Positions 1 to 10,279 of a stretch of 64,000 bases of DNA are shown in pieces (position 1 is the first letter of the stretch; every line of letters starts with the position of its first letter). The position numbers and the translations under genes are program-made. The DNA is taken from positions 512,001 to 576,000 of the forward strand of contig CAVVXN010000002.1 in NCBI GenBank assembly GCA_963752285.1, given 5' to 3'. The notes under the pieces were generated by a model. The model searched no databases. It had not been told where the DNA came from and was given only the letters and a program-made list of their open reading frames with translations. This stretch comes from an uncultured Planctomycetota bacterium (GTDB lineage: Bacteria; Planctomycetota; PLA2; JAEUHO01).

Positions 1-1623
1 TTCCGGGTGAGCTCCGACGGCCGCGCGTGCGCGATCCTCGCGAGCCCGACGCCCGCCGGGGTCGGCGGCTCGGACGTCCTCCTCCACAACGTGTGGGTGG
101 ACTACGACGGCAACCTCTCCCAGGTGAGCACGAAGGCGCGTCACTCGCACGGCGGCGGCCGCGGCACGGCGCTCACGACCGGTCCCGTGTACTACCCGGT
201 GACCGGGCTGTGGGGCCGCTACAACGGACCGACCACCGCCTTCGAGATCTCGGACGACGGCCTGAAGGTCGCCGTGGTGGTGAGCCGCGCGGACTACGTC
301 TACGCGGCCTACTCGTACTACGACTACAACTACGACTGGCAGTACCGCGAGGACGTCGTCGCGTTCACGAGCTCGGGGGCGACCCCGTGGCAGGGCTCGA
401 CCGAGCTCCAAGTCACGGGCAACGAGTCCGGCGGCACGCCGGTGTTCTCGAACTCCCTCCTCTGGCGCTTCGGAGCGCTGACGTTCACGCGCGCCGGGGA
501 CGGCCTCGTGTTCTGGGGCGGCTATTCGTGCTACAGCCCCAGCTGGTTCGACGCGGACTACTCCTACATGGCCTCGGGCTCCAAGAGCTTCATCGGGAGC
601 CTGTACTCGTACTCGTTCAGCGACAACGGCGTCCGCAGCATCCTTTCGAGCTCCGACGGCGGGTGCAACCTGACCGTGGGCAGCACGCAGACCTCGATCT
701 CGTTCTCGACGAGCCAGGGCCAGACCGACGGCGGCGTCATCCGTCCGTGGGGCGGCTTCCTCTCGAAGAACGGGAACTTCTTCTACATCGTGAACCACGA
801 GGCCCTGAGCACGTCCGACTACACGAACGCCCGCCTGGTCGGAGTGAACGTCCGGAGTCTCGACTCGTCGAGCTCCATCAACAGCCACCTCGACGGACGC
901 GCCTTCGCCGTCGGCGGCATGGGCAGCTCGGTCGGCTACCACGGCTTCTACCCGTTCCTCGACTACACCAGCTTCTTCGGCATGGGCAGCGAGTACTACT
1001 ACTACCACTATCACCAGTACTACAACCACTACATGGGCGCGAAGCAGGTGGCTTCCACGGACAACGGCTGGGTGTTCTTCTTCAGCGACTACCAGCCCTA
1101 CTCCAGCAACGCCAGCGGCTGGCTCTACGACTCGGGCGGTTCGATCCGGAACACGGGGTACTCGTACGGGTACGAGGGCCACGTGTTCGTCTTCGACCCG
1201 AACGTGGGCGGGAGCGTGCAGAGGGTCACGGGCAGCGAGTTCGGCGCCGACACGGGCTACAACTATCGCTTCCCCGGTTTCCTCGAGGTGTCGGACGACG
1301 GCAGCGGCTGCGCGGTCGTCTACGGCACGAATTACCCCGCGCTGCAGTACGAGCAGCTGATCGCGTACAGCCGGATCCGGCTGAACCCGACGACCGGCGC
1401 GCTCCTGGCAGGCAAGCAGTACCGCTCGCTCGAGCCCTCCATCACGCGCGTGAGCTCGTGCATCTCGTTCGACTCCGTCACCGAGAAGCTGCTGTACGCG
1501 GCCGGCAGCGGCAACGAGAACAGCAAGACGATCAAGGCGGGCACGCTGGCCACCGGTTCGACCACGACCGCCTACTCCGGCTTCGGCACCAAGAGCTTCA
1601 ACATCCTGCACGCCGGCCGCTGA
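1..1623 (+). CDS. C-terminal part of a large Tyr/Ser/Gly-rich, probably extracellular beta-propeller-like protein (5' end outside window)
   Basis: Frame open from base 1 to TGA at 1621-1623; host-like GC3 codon usage; recurring SDDG/SxxG-hydrophobic strand motifs; Tyr-rich tracts. Confidence 0.75.
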   Translation, partial: FRVSSDGRACAILASPTPAGVGGSDVLLHNVWVDYDGNLSQVSTKARHSHGGGRGTALTTGPVYYPVTGLWGRYNGPTTAFEISDDGLKVAVVVSRADYVYAAYSYYDYNYDWQYREDVVAFTSSGATPWQGSTELQVTGNESGGTPVFSNSLLWRFGALTFTRAGDGLVFWGGYSCYSPSWFDADYSYMASGSKSFIGSLYSYSFSDNGVRSILSSSDGGCNLTVGSTQTSISFSTSQGQTDGGVIRPWGGFLSKNGNFFYIVNHEALSTSDYTNARLVGVNVRSLDSSSSINSHLDGRAFAVGGMGSSVGYHGFYPFLDYTSFFGMGSEYYYYHYHQYYNHYMGAKQVASTDNGWVFFFSDYQPYSSNASGWLYDSGGSIRNTGYSYGYEGHVFVFDPNVGGSVQRVTGSEFGADTGYNYRFPGFLEVSDDGSGCAVVYGTNYPALQYEQLIAYSRIRLNPTTGALLAGKQYRSLEPSITRVSSCISFDSVTEKLLYAAGSGNENSKTIKAGTLATGSTTTAYSGFGTKSFNILHAGR

Positions 1624-1651
1624 CGGCGGCCGAGACGTTTCGATCGCACGC

Positions 1652-1685
1652 CCCGGCCCCCGCGGCACCGCCCGCGGGGGCCGGG
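1652..1685. terminator. GC-rich hairpin between convergent genes, probable terminator
   Basis: Perfect 14-bp inverted repeat CCCGGCCCCCGCGG / CCGCGGGGGCCGGG with 6-nt loop; no strong U-tract. Confidence 0.6.
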
Positions 1686-1800
1686 CTTCGTCTCGGGGGG
1701 ACCGGAGGCGCGCGGGTCGTCAGCCGGAGTCCTCGCCGCCGCCCGATCGACCGGAGCCGGAGCGCGCGGAGCGTCACGGCGTTCGTCGTCGCGCTCGGGG

Positions 1801-2622
1801 CTACGGGACGTTCACGCGGGCGTTCTCGACGTTCGCGCCGAGGCGGCCGCCGGGGACGAGGAGCGGGACGACACGGCCCTCGCGTACCACCTCCACGGCG
1901 ACCTGGTCGGTGGGGGCGGTGCGGTCCCGGGCCGCCAGGAGCTCGGAGAGGTCGTGGACCCGGACCGCGTCGTAGCGGACGATCACGTCGCCCACGCGAA
2001 GCCCCGCCTCCCTCGCCCGGCTGGTGTCGGCGAGGCCCGTGACGCGGATCCCGTCGGCGCGCGCGAGGTCCACGGTGCGCTCCACGTGGCGGACTTCGGT
2101 CGTGATCTCGACGTCGATGGTCGCCGCCACGTGGTGGGGGGCGCTGAGGGGTTCGATCGCCGCGACGGTGTCCCGCTGGTCCGCGCAAAACCCCACCGCG
2201 AATCGCACGTCGGGAATGGGCTCCTCCGTCCGCGCGTCGAGCACCCGGACCTCGAAGCTCGCGGTTCCCGGCACGCGCACGGATCCCACGTCGGTCGTCC
2301 GGCCGGGCTCGACCCGGTATCCCAGGTCGCTCTCGTACGGGTTCGCGCCCCCGCCTTCGAAGAGCGCGGGCCGCCCCTCGATCCACCCGCCGTGCTCGTT
2401 CGGCCGAGCGTTCAAAGCCTCGGCGTCGGACGCGGCGCTCGGAGCCCGCGCGTTCGGCTCGACCCCGCGGAGCGCCGCCGCGCCCGGCGCCGCTTCGGCG
2501 CTCGCGGGCGAGGGCCGCGCGAGGTCCCTCGCGTCGCGCGGCTCGTTCCCCGATCTCCGCACGAGGAACCAGCCGAGCGCGACGAGCACGTCGAGCAGGA
2601 TCGCGACGACGATCGGCCTCAT
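1801..2622 (-). CDS. Membrane-anchored PDZ-domain protein
   Basis: N-terminal hydrophobic helix (MRPIVVAILLDVLVALGWFL); C-terminal GIRVTGL...SRAREAGLRVGDVIVRYD...VEVVREG PDZ pattern. Confidence 0.7.
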   Translation of the reverse strand: MRPIVVAILLDVLVALGWFLVRRSGNEPRDARDLARPSPASAEAAPGAAALRGVEPNARAPSAASDAEALNARPNEHGGWIEGRPALFEGGGANPYESDLGYRVEPGRTTDVGSVRVPGTASFEVRVLDARTEEPIPDVRFAVGFCADQRDTVAAIEPLSAPHHVAATIDVEITTEVRHVERTVDLARADGIRVTGLADTSRAREAGLRVGDVIVRYDAVRVHDLSELLAARDRTAPTDQVAVEVVREGRVVPLLVPGGRLGANVENARVNVP

Positions 2623-3027
2623 GTCCCCTTGGTAACGAGGTTTCCCCGCCGCGGGAACGAGGGAGGCGGCCTCCCGAGAGGGGACGCCGTCCCCCCGTCG
2701 GACGCGCGCGCTCCCTCTCGATGCACCGGGCTTCGAAACGTGCCCGGTCCGACGACACGCGCGGGACGCGGAGGTTGCGCCGCGTGGTAAGGCGCGGACC
2801 AGGGGCGCGGGCGCGCCCCGACTCGGACGCGCGACGCGCGGTCCACCATCCCGATGGCGCGAGGCGCCTCGGCGCGAGCGCGCTCGTCTCTCGGGGCGGT
2901 CGGCGACGCGAACGCAGGGCCGACGCGGGCGTGGGGGAGTCGAAGGACCACGATTTGCACGCTCGAGCGACGAGTGCCGGGACGACGGAAGAAATCTCGA
3001 GACGGTCCTTACGCGCCGCGTTCGGTC

Positions 3028-4584
3028 GTGCGCGTGTTCGTCCTGCTCGCGGCGGCGACCCTGGGATCGTGCGGGGAGCGAATCGTGACGACGAGCGCCC
3101 CCCTGCGCTACGACCAGGAGGGGCGCGCGCTCGGCCTGGCGCCGCGGCTCGCCTCGCCGCCCAACCTCGTGCTGATCGTCGTGGACGCGCTGCGGGCGGA
3201 CGCGCTCCCCGACGGCGCGGAGCCGGCGACGCGGATGCCGTCCTTCGCGGCGCTCGCGGAGCGGGGGGTCCAGCTCGACAACGCCACCGCGCCGGCGACG
3301 TGGACGCTCCCCTCCATCACGAGCATCCTCACCGGGCTGAGACCCTTGCAGCACGGGCTCGACTCGGAACGCTCGGTCGTGCAGCTCCCCGACGCCATCA
3401 CGACGTTCGCGGAGGTGCTCTCGGCCACGTACGGCTACGCGACGGCCGCGTTCGTGGCGGGGCCGTGGTTCGAGGGCCGGGGGGAGAGCGTCCTCCAGGG
3501 CTTCGAGCGAATCGAGCACGACTACTCCCTCCAGGGGACGGCGGAGCTCGTGGGGCGCTGGACGCTCCTTCGTCGCGGCCGGCCGTTCTTCCTCCTGCTC
3601 CACACGTACGACGTCCACTCGCCGTACGGGGCGGCGAACCACCCGTGGCCGCCGCGCCCGCTCGGGTCGGGCCGGACGCTGTCCCTCGGCGCGCGGCCCC
3701 TCCCGAGCCCCGAGGACCTCGTGCGCATCCACTTCCTCGACGGTCCCGCGTGCGCGAGGCTCGTCCAGGAAGGCGACGACCGCGCCGACCGGGCCTTCTT
3801 CGACTACCTCTACAACGGGTACCCCGCGCATCCCGATCCCGTCCTCTGCCAGGAGATCGGTGCGGGCTACTGGTCGGGCGTGCGCTGGGCCGACGACCAG
3901 CTCGGCACGACGCTCGACTACCTCCGGTCGTCCGGGCTCCTCCAGAACACCCTCTTGGTGGTGACGTCCGACCACGGGGAGTCGCTCGGAGAGCACGGGA
4001 TCCTCGGTCACGGACGCACCCTCCAGGAGTCGCTCGTCCACGTGCCGCTCGTCGCGACGGGGCCCGGCCCCTTCGCGAAGCCGCGCCACGTCGCGAACGC
4101 GGTGTCCCTCCTCGACGTGCTCCCGACCTTCCTCGACCTGGCCGGCATGGCGCCCCTCGCGGGGGGGGCGGGTCGCTCCTTCTTGCCGGCGATGGACGCG
4201 GAACCGGTGTGCCGCGCGGTCGTGTCGCAGGAGCGCCTGACGTTCGAGAACACCTTCCGGGACGTGGACGAGGTGCTCGTCTCCGCGCGCACGCCCCGTT
4301 GGAAGTACGTGCTGCGGTTCGACGCCCGCCGGGGCGCGGCCCGCGAGTCGCTCTACGACCTGCTCTTCGACCCCGACGAGGAGATCGACCTCTTCGCGAA
4401 GGACCAGGGCGACCTCGGCGAGGCGGGGATCGACGCCTGCGCCTGCGCGGCCGTCGAGGCGCTGAGGGACGCCCTCTGGCGCTTCGCCCCGCACGCCGCG
4501 GCCGACGACGACGTGGCCGTGCCCTACGCCTCGCACCCGACCGGCCCCACGACGCAGCGTCCCCCGCCCTGCGACGCGCCGTAG
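3028..4584 (+). CDS. Sulfatase-like hydrolase (alkaline phosphatase superfamily), putative lipoprotein
   Basis: PNLVLIVVDALRAD, WTLPSITSILTG, HTYDVHSPY, VVTSDHGESLGEHG motifs; lipobox-like LGSC; GTG start chosen by eye. Confidence 0.85.
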   Translation: MRVFVLLAAATLGSCGERIVTTSAPLRYDQEGRALGLAPRLASPPNLVLIVVDALRADALPDGAEPATRMPSFAALAERGVQLDNATAPATWTLPSITSILTGLRPLQHGLDSERSVVQLPDAITTFAEVLSATYGYATAAFVAGPWFEGRGESVLQGFERIEHDYSLQGTAELVGRWTLLRRGRPFFLLLHTYDVHSPYGAANHPWPPRPLGSGRTLSLGARPLPSPEDLVRIHFLDGPACARLVQEGDDRADRAFFDYLYNGYPAHPDPVLCQEIGAGYWSGVRWADDQLGTTLDYLRSSGLLQNTLLVVTSDHGESLGEHGILGHGRTLQESLVHVPLVATGPGPFAKPRHVANAVSLLDVLPTFLDLAGMAPLAGGAGRSFLPAMDAEPVCRAVVSQERLTFENTFRDVDEVLVSARTPRWKYVLRFDARRGAARESLYDLLFDPDEEIDLFAKDQGDLGEAGIDACACAAVEALRDALWRFAPHAAADDDVAVPYASHPTGPTTQRPPPCDAP

Positions 4585-4665
4585 CCCACGACGCGAGCGT
4601 GCCCCTCGCCGTCGGTCCTTACCGCGCTCTGACAACTCGCCGGGCCGTCCCAGGAGGATCCGGCG

Positions 4666-6624
4666 GTGCGATCGCTCCGGGCGCTGACGATCCTGCTCGT
4701 CCTCCTGGTGCTCCTTCCGGCCGTGGCCCTCGCGTGGCTCGGCTGGCGGGGGGCGGACGCCTGGGAGGAGGCGACGCGGGCCCGGATCCGGCTCGAGCTC
4801 GCCGACGCCGAGCGGGAGATCCGCGGCGACGTGGCCCGCGCGTCCGCCGGGATCGAGGACGGGCTCCGCGCCCGCGTCGAGACCCTGGCGAAGCTCGCGG
4901 CCGTGGAGGTACCCGCCCGCGGGATCGGACCGGGCATGGCCCGGGTCGTCTCGGGCGTCGCCGACGGGCCTGCCCCACGGATCGCCTGGATCCGCCTCGT
5001 GGCGAGCGACGGACGAACCCTCTGGCCGGTCCCGTGGAGCACGGAGCGGCCGGCGTCCTCGGCACCGCTCGACGCGCTCCTCTGGGACCTCCGCCGGCGC
5101 GCGGACCGCGTGCGGGTCGCCGACGGCGACGCAGCCGTCGTCGGCTACTGGGGCGACGTCGCGGCCCGGGCGCACGCGCCAACGCTCGTCGCCCTCGCGA
5201 AGGCGGAGGCGCTCTGCGACTCGCATCCGACCCTCGCGGCCCTCCAGGCGATGGAGGCCTCGTTCGACGACGCGGAGCGCGAAGCGGCCGGGCGCCCGTT
5301 GACGCTCGCCCTCGTCGATCTCGCGCTCCGCCGGAAGGACCGAGCGGCGTCGTGTGAGCTCCGCCGGCGATGGGACGTGGGCCAGATCGCCGCCGTGCCG
5401 CTCACCGACGCCGAGCGCGAGTCCGCCCGCCTCGCGCTCAGCCGATGCGCGACCGGCGTGGCGGCGCCGCTCCCGGCGGGGCTCGACGGGCCGTGGACCT
5501 GGTCCCCGTGGTCGCAGGTCCCGGCGGAACGACCCGCCGTGGAGGCGCCGGTCCGGGGCGGGGCGCGCCTCGAGGCCTTCGTGCTCCCCGACGAGCTCTG
5601 GGGCGCGCTCGCCACGCGGATCCCGGCGCGGGTGGGCGACGCCGTGCACGCCGAGGCGTGGCGATGGGCCGCCTCGAGCGTGAGGGCCGCGCCCCTGTGG
5701 AAGGAGATCGAGGCGCGTACGACACCGCGTCTCGTCCTCCCCGGTCCGCTCGGCGTGGACGGCCTGGTCGTGTTCTGGCACCGCGACCAGGAGGCCCTCC
5801 GCGCGGGGCGCACGACGCGCCGGACGCTCACCCTCGCGGGCATCGCGGCCCTCTTCCTGCTGATGGCGATCGGTCTGCTCGTCGTCCGCCGCGCGGTGGG
5901 GCGCGAGCGCGCGGCGCGGCGCCTCCAGGACGAGTTCGTGTCGAACGTGAGCCACGAGCTCCGAACCCCCCTCGCGAGCGTCCTCCTCCACGCGGAGATG
6001 CTCGCCGAGGACGACCCCGGCCCGTCACCGGGGCGCCGGGCCGCCCGGGCGCGCGTCGTCAGGGCCGAGGGCGCGCGCCTGGCGGGCCTGGTCGAGGACC
6101 TCCTCGACTTCTCCGCGCTCGAGCGGGGCGCGCGGCGCCTCGAGCCCGAGCTCGTGGACCTCGCCCAGGCCGTCCGGGCCGCGGCGGCGCCCTACGCCAC
6201 CCTCGCCGAGGCCGAGGGCGTCGAGCTCGTGGTGGAGAGCCCCGACGGAGAGGTCGCGACGTTCGCCGACCCGCACGCGCTCTCCCGGATCCTCGCGAAC
6301 CTCCTCTCGAACGCGTGGCGGCACGGGCGACCGTCGCGGGACGGCGCGCCGGGACGGATCCGGGTGCGCGTCCTGGACGGCCCGCCCGACGTCACGGTCG
6401 AGGTGGAGGACGACGGGCCGGGCATCCCCCCGGAGGAGCGCGCCCTCGTCTTCGAGCGGTTCCGGCGGGGGCGGGACGCGGGCGCGAGACCCGGCGCCGG
6501 TCTCGGCCTCGCGCTCGCGCGCGACCTCGCGCGGTCCATGGAGGGAGACCTCGCCCTCCGCGAGGACCGACCGGGTACCGTGTTTCGCCTGCGGCTCCCC
6601 TGGCTGCCGGAGGGAACGGCGTGA
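4666..6624 (+). CDS. Membrane sensor histidine kinase
   Basis: Two TM segments; H-box VSHELRTPL, N-box NLLSNA, DDGPGI and GAGLGL boxes. Confidence 0.92.
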   Translation: MRSLRALTILLVLLVLLPAVALAWLGWRGADAWEEATRARIRLELADAEREIRGDVARASAGIEDGLRARVETLAKLAAVEVPARGIGPGMARVVSGVADGPAPRIAWIRLVASDGRTLWPVPWSTERPASSAPLDALLWDLRRRADRVRVADGDAAVVGYWGDVAARAHAPTLVALAKAEALCDSHPTLAALQAMEASFDDAEREAAGRPLTLALVDLALRRKDRAASCELRRRWDVGQIAAVPLTDAERESARLALSRCATGVAAPLPAGLDGPWTWSPWSQVPAERPAVEAPVRGGARLEAFVLPDELWGALATRIPARVGDAVHAEAWRWAASSVRAAPLWKEIEARTTPRLVLPGPLGVDGLVVFWHRDQEALRAGRTTRRTLTLAGIAALFLLMAIGLLVVRRAVGRERAARRLQDEFVSNVSHELRTPLASVLLHAEMLAEDDPGPSPGRRAARARVVRAEGARLAGLVEDLLDFSALERGARRLEPELVDLAQAVRAAAAPYATLAEAEGVELVVESPDGEVATFADPHALSRILANLLSNAWRHGRPSRDGAPGRIRVRVLDGPPDVTVEVEDDGPGIPPEERALVFERFRRGRDAGARPGAGLGLALARDLARSMEGDLALREDRPGTVFRLRLPWLPEGTA

Positions 6625-7304
6625 GCGAGCGGAAGATCCTGGTCGTGGAGGACGAGGCGCCGCTCCGCGAGGGACTCGCCGAACGCCTGGAGGCCGAGGG
6701 CTACCGCGTGGACACCGCGGCGACGAGGGCCGAGGGTCTCCGAGCGCTCGACCGGGCGCCGGATCTCGTCGTCCTCGACCGCCGACTGCCGGACGGCGAG
6801 GGCCTGGACGTCCTCCGGGCGCTCCGGGCGTCCGGCCGCGAGGCCGCGGTGATCGTCCTCTCCGCGCGCGGGCTCGCCGAGGACCGCGTGGAGGGCCTCC
6901 AAGGCGGCGCCGACGACTACGTCACGAAGCCCTTCCACTTGAAGGAGCTCCTCGCGCGGATCGAGGCCGTGCTCGCCCGTGGGCCCCGACGCGACGCGTC
7001 GGCGCGCGAGGTGACGTTCGGGAGCTTCACCCTGGACCTCGCGGCGCGCGTCCTCAAGAAGGGACGGCACGAGATCCCCTTGACGCGCCTCGAATTCGAC
7101 CTCCTCCGCTACCTCGCCGCGAACGCGCACCGCGCGGTCCCTCGACACGAGCTGCTCGACCGCGTCTGGGGCTACGACCGCTACCCCACGACGCGCACGG
7201 TGGACTTCCACGTCCTGAGCCTGAGGAAGAAGATCGAGGAGAAGGGGCGCGAGGGCGGTCACATCGTGACCGTGCAGGGCGTCGGCTACCGCTTCGAGCC
7301 GTGA
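6621..7304 (+). CDS. OmpR/PhoB-family response regulator
   Basis: KILVVEDE, DLVVLD, GADDYVTKPF, winged-helix RTVDFHV and TVQGVGYRF; GTGA overlap with the kinase stop. Confidence 0.93.
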   Translation: MSERKILVVEDEAPLREGLAERLEAEGYRVDTAATRAEGLRALDRAPDLVVLDRRLPDGEGLDVLRALRASGREAAVIVLSARGLAEDRVEGLQGGADDYVTKPFHLKELLARIEAVLARGPRRDASAREVTFGSFTLDLAARVLKKGRHEIPLTRLEFDLLRYLAANAHRAVPRHELLDRVWGYDRYPTTRTVDFHVLSLRKKIEEKGREGGHIVTVQGVGYRFEP

Positions 7305-7390
7305 CGTCACGAGGTCGCGGGAAGTCTTACGGGCTTCTCACAACGCGGCGGGTCCGCGCGCGATGCTTTGGGAGTCCTCGGAGACCTCTC

Positions 7391-9943
7391 ATGCGCCGCC
7401 TCCCGCTCGGCCTCGCGACGACCTTCCTCGCGATCCTCCTCGCGATCCTCTTCGTGTTCCGCGCGCCGCCCGCTTCTGCGGACGACGACGCGGCGGGCGA
7501 CAGCGCGGCCGCGCAGGCGTTCCGCGAAGGGTTCTGGGCGGAGACCGGAGAGCATGCGCTCGACCGCGCGCTCGAGCGCTACCGCGCGGCGGCAAAGGCC
7601 GAGGGACCGGACGCGGTCCGGGCGAAGGCCCTCTACCGGGAGGGCGTCGTCCTGGAGCGGTTGGGGAAGACGGAGGATGCGATCCACGCTCTCGAGCGGC
7701 TGACGAAGGAGTACCCGGGCGAGATGGAGCTCCTCCAGGAGGCGCGCGCGAAGCTCGATGCGTGGACGGCGACGGACATCCGCTCGTCGTTCGACGAGTG
7801 GTACCACCGCTATCAGTACGGTCCGGAGTTCCAGGCGAAGGTCGTGGACCTCGTGCTGAAGCTCGGGCTCCAGAGCCCGAACGTGAACAACGTGCCCGAG
7901 GAGAAGGAGCTCCTCACGATCGGGGAGGCGGCGATCCCGGCGCTCCGGCGCCAGCTCGACTCCTCGAACGACGACCTTCGCGCGTGGGCCACGGCGGTGC
8001 TCCTCGAGCTCGGCGAGGTCCCACCGGCGAAGCCGATCGCGACGACCTCGATCTGGCCGTACCGCCGGCAGGCGTGGACGACGCTGCTGGAGCTCCCCGA
8101 CGAGCGGCGCGCGAAGCTCGTGGAGGACCTGCGAGCCGAGGGGGACAAGGGCGCGATGCTCGCGAAGCTCTGGGCGGAGACCGGCTCGGTCGGCGACCGC
8201 GGTCTCGTCCTCCTCCGGGACCCCGAGGCCCGTGGGTGGGCAGAGGCCCTCGCGAGGGTGCTGCTCACGCGACCCGGGGGGCTCCCGACCGAGGCGGCGC
8301 TCGTCGGCGCGGTCGGCGACCCCGAGCTGAACGGCGCGGCGCGCATGACGCTCCTCCGCGCGCTCCTCGACCGCGACCGCGTCCCCGCGAAGACCTGGCT
8401 CGGATGGCTCGGAGACGGCCCCGCGGACGTCCGCGGGGAGCTGCTCCGGCGGCTCGCGAACGGAGCGCTCCGGTCGGGGGAGGCGTGGCGCGTTCTCCTG
8501 ACGATCCCCCCGAACGCGAACTGGAGGTTCGGCGGCGGCGGGACCTCCAGCATGACGGAGATCCTCACCGCGCTGTTCCGCTCGATCGCGGCCGCGCCCT
8601 CCGACGCGGACCTGACCCCCGCCGCCGTGAGGCTGGCGTCGTGGTTCGACGAGAACGGCGGGGTGCTCCAGTCCCTCGTCTCGCTGAGCGTCCGGGACCT
8701 GCCCAACGAGGCGGGCGCCGGTTGCCGCAGGATCCTCCCCCTCGTGATCGAGGCCGCCCCCCCGGGCAGCGGCGGCTTCTACGCCGCCCTGGGCGCGTAT
8801 CGCTTCGCCATGACGACGGGCGGAGACACGAGCGAGGCCGTCGGTCGCCTGCTCGGGTGGACGAAGACGTTCCCCGACGACGCGCGTCGGGAGGCCGTCG
8901 GGGAGAGGGCGGCGTCCCTCGCCACGACGGGGGACGAGCTCGATCGGCTGTTGGAGGCGATGTCGAGCGTTCCGGTGCCCGTCGGCGTGAAGATGGTCGG
9001 CGGGCTCGACGCGAGCGTGAAGCGCCTGCCGTGGACACGCGAGCGCGTCGCGAAGCTCCTCGGCCTCGGCACGAGGCTCGAGGGCCACGGGGCCTTCTCG
9101 AAGCTTTTGTCCGTGTTCCTCCAGGATCGTGACCGGCTCGAGCTGGCGCTCGACGCCTCCCTCGCCGAGCCCTCGGTCGTCTGGGAGAGGACGTTCGAGG
9201 ACGTGACGCTCACCGACGAGCCGATGGGCGCCGCGCTTCGCCAGGGGGTGGAGAGGGCCTGGCCGACGTGGAGCGAGGCGCAGCGCCTCGCGGCCCTTCG
9301 TCTCTTCGGCGGTCTCCTCGCGTCGCCGGCCGACGCGCCCTTCGCGACGTTCCTTCGCGAAGCGCTCGCAGAGGCGCGGGGCGAGGTCGCGGTCGCGCTG
9401 GTCCGCTTGATCTTGGGCCGCACCCTCGACGACGTCCGCAAGGCCGTCGACCTCGCGGACCCGGCTGAGGCGGCAGAGGTCGCAGCGTGGCGCTGGCTTC
9501 CGCCGACGCTGGCGTCGTACGAGGCGCTCTCGGCCTTCCGCAGGCTCGCCGACGACCGGGCGCGAAGCGGCGTGTGGAACGGGTGGATCGACAACAGCCG
9601 GACGCCGGACCCCGCCGTGCGCCACCGGGCCGCACGGGACATGCTCGAGGATCCCGCCGCCAGCGTCCGCGCCCAGGGCATCGGCGTGCTCCGTGCGTTC
9701 CGCGACCCGGGCGACGTCCCGGCGATCACGAACGCCCTCGCGGACGAAGCCCCGGTCGTGCGAAGCGCCGCGGCCTACGCGCTCGGGGACGACTACGACC
9801 CGGCCGCGATCCGCGCGCTCGCCGGCCGCCTGGACGACCCGGACCCGAACGTCCGCGACGCCGTGCTGAAGACCCTCGAGGCGATCAAGGAGGTCGAGGA
9901 GCAGAAGGCCTACTGGCGGGCGTTCGCCGAGGGGAAGCGCTGA
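7391..9943 (+). CDS. Exported helical-repeat protein (N-terminal TPR-like, C-terminal HEAT repeats)
   Basis: Signal peptide; AKALYREG...EDAIHALERL TPR-like segment; LADEAPVVRSAAAYALG and LDDPDPNVRDAV HEAT motifs; GGAG RBS. Confidence 0.75.
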   Translation: MRRLPLGLATTFLAILLAILFVFRAPPASADDDAAGDSAAAQAFREGFWAETGEHALDRALERYRAAAKAEGPDAVRAKALYREGVVLERLGKTEDAIHALERLTKEYPGEMELLQEARAKLDAWTATDIRSSFDEWYHRYQYGPEFQAKVVDLVLKLGLQSPNVNNVPEEKELLTIGEAAIPALRRQLDSSNDDLRAWATAVLLELGEVPPAKPIATTSIWPYRRQAWTTLLELPDERRAKLVEDLRAEGDKGAMLAKLWAETGSVGDRGLVLLRDPEARGWAEALARVLLTRPGGLPTEAALVGAVGDPELNGAARMTLLRALLDRDRVPAKTWLGWLGDGPADVRGELLRRLANGALRSGEAWRVLLTIPPNANWRFGGGGTSSMTEILTALFRSIAAAPSDADLTPAAVRLASWFDENGGVLQSLVSLSVRDLPNEAGAGCRRILPLVIEAAPPGSGGFYAALGAYRFAMTTGGDTSEAVGRLLGWTKTFPDDARREAVGERAASLATTGDELDRLLEAMSSVPVPVGVKMVGGLDASVKRLPWTRERVAKLLGLGTRLEGHGAFSKLLSVFLQDRDRLELALDASLAEPSVVWERTFEDVTLTDEPMGAALRQGVERAWPTWSEAQRLAALRLFGGLLASPADAPFATFLREALAEARGEVAVALVRLILGRTLDDVRKAVDLADPAEAAEVAAWRWLPPTLASYEALSAFRRLADDRARSGVWNGWIDNSRTPDPAVRHRAARDMLEDPAASVRAQGIGVLRAFRDPGDVPAITNALADEAPVVRSAAAYALGDDYDPAAIRALAGRLDDPDPNVRDAVLKTLEAIKEVEEQKAYWRAFAEGKR

Positions 9944-10279
9944 CCGCGCGTCCCGGCGGGCGCCCGCGCGGCCCACGCCGCGCCACGGGCTTCCTCGGCG
10001 GCGACCGGGAGTCCCCACGGCGCGTGGGGGGGGCGTCCGCTCGCCCGCCCGCCGACCCGGGCGCAGGGCGACCGGGACTCATGACCCGGTCGGTCGGAGG
10101 GCCGTCCCGACCCGGTCCGTACGCATTCTGTTACCCTCTCCCGCCCTCGGTCCGACGGCGCGTCGCGGTGACGAGCCGCTCCCCGGACCGGGTGTCGTGG
10201 CGGTAGGCGGGAGCGGAGCGGTCGTTCGCGCGCGGGGCTGGCTCCGGCGGGCGCGACCCTCCTCCCGAGGAGGTTCGAG

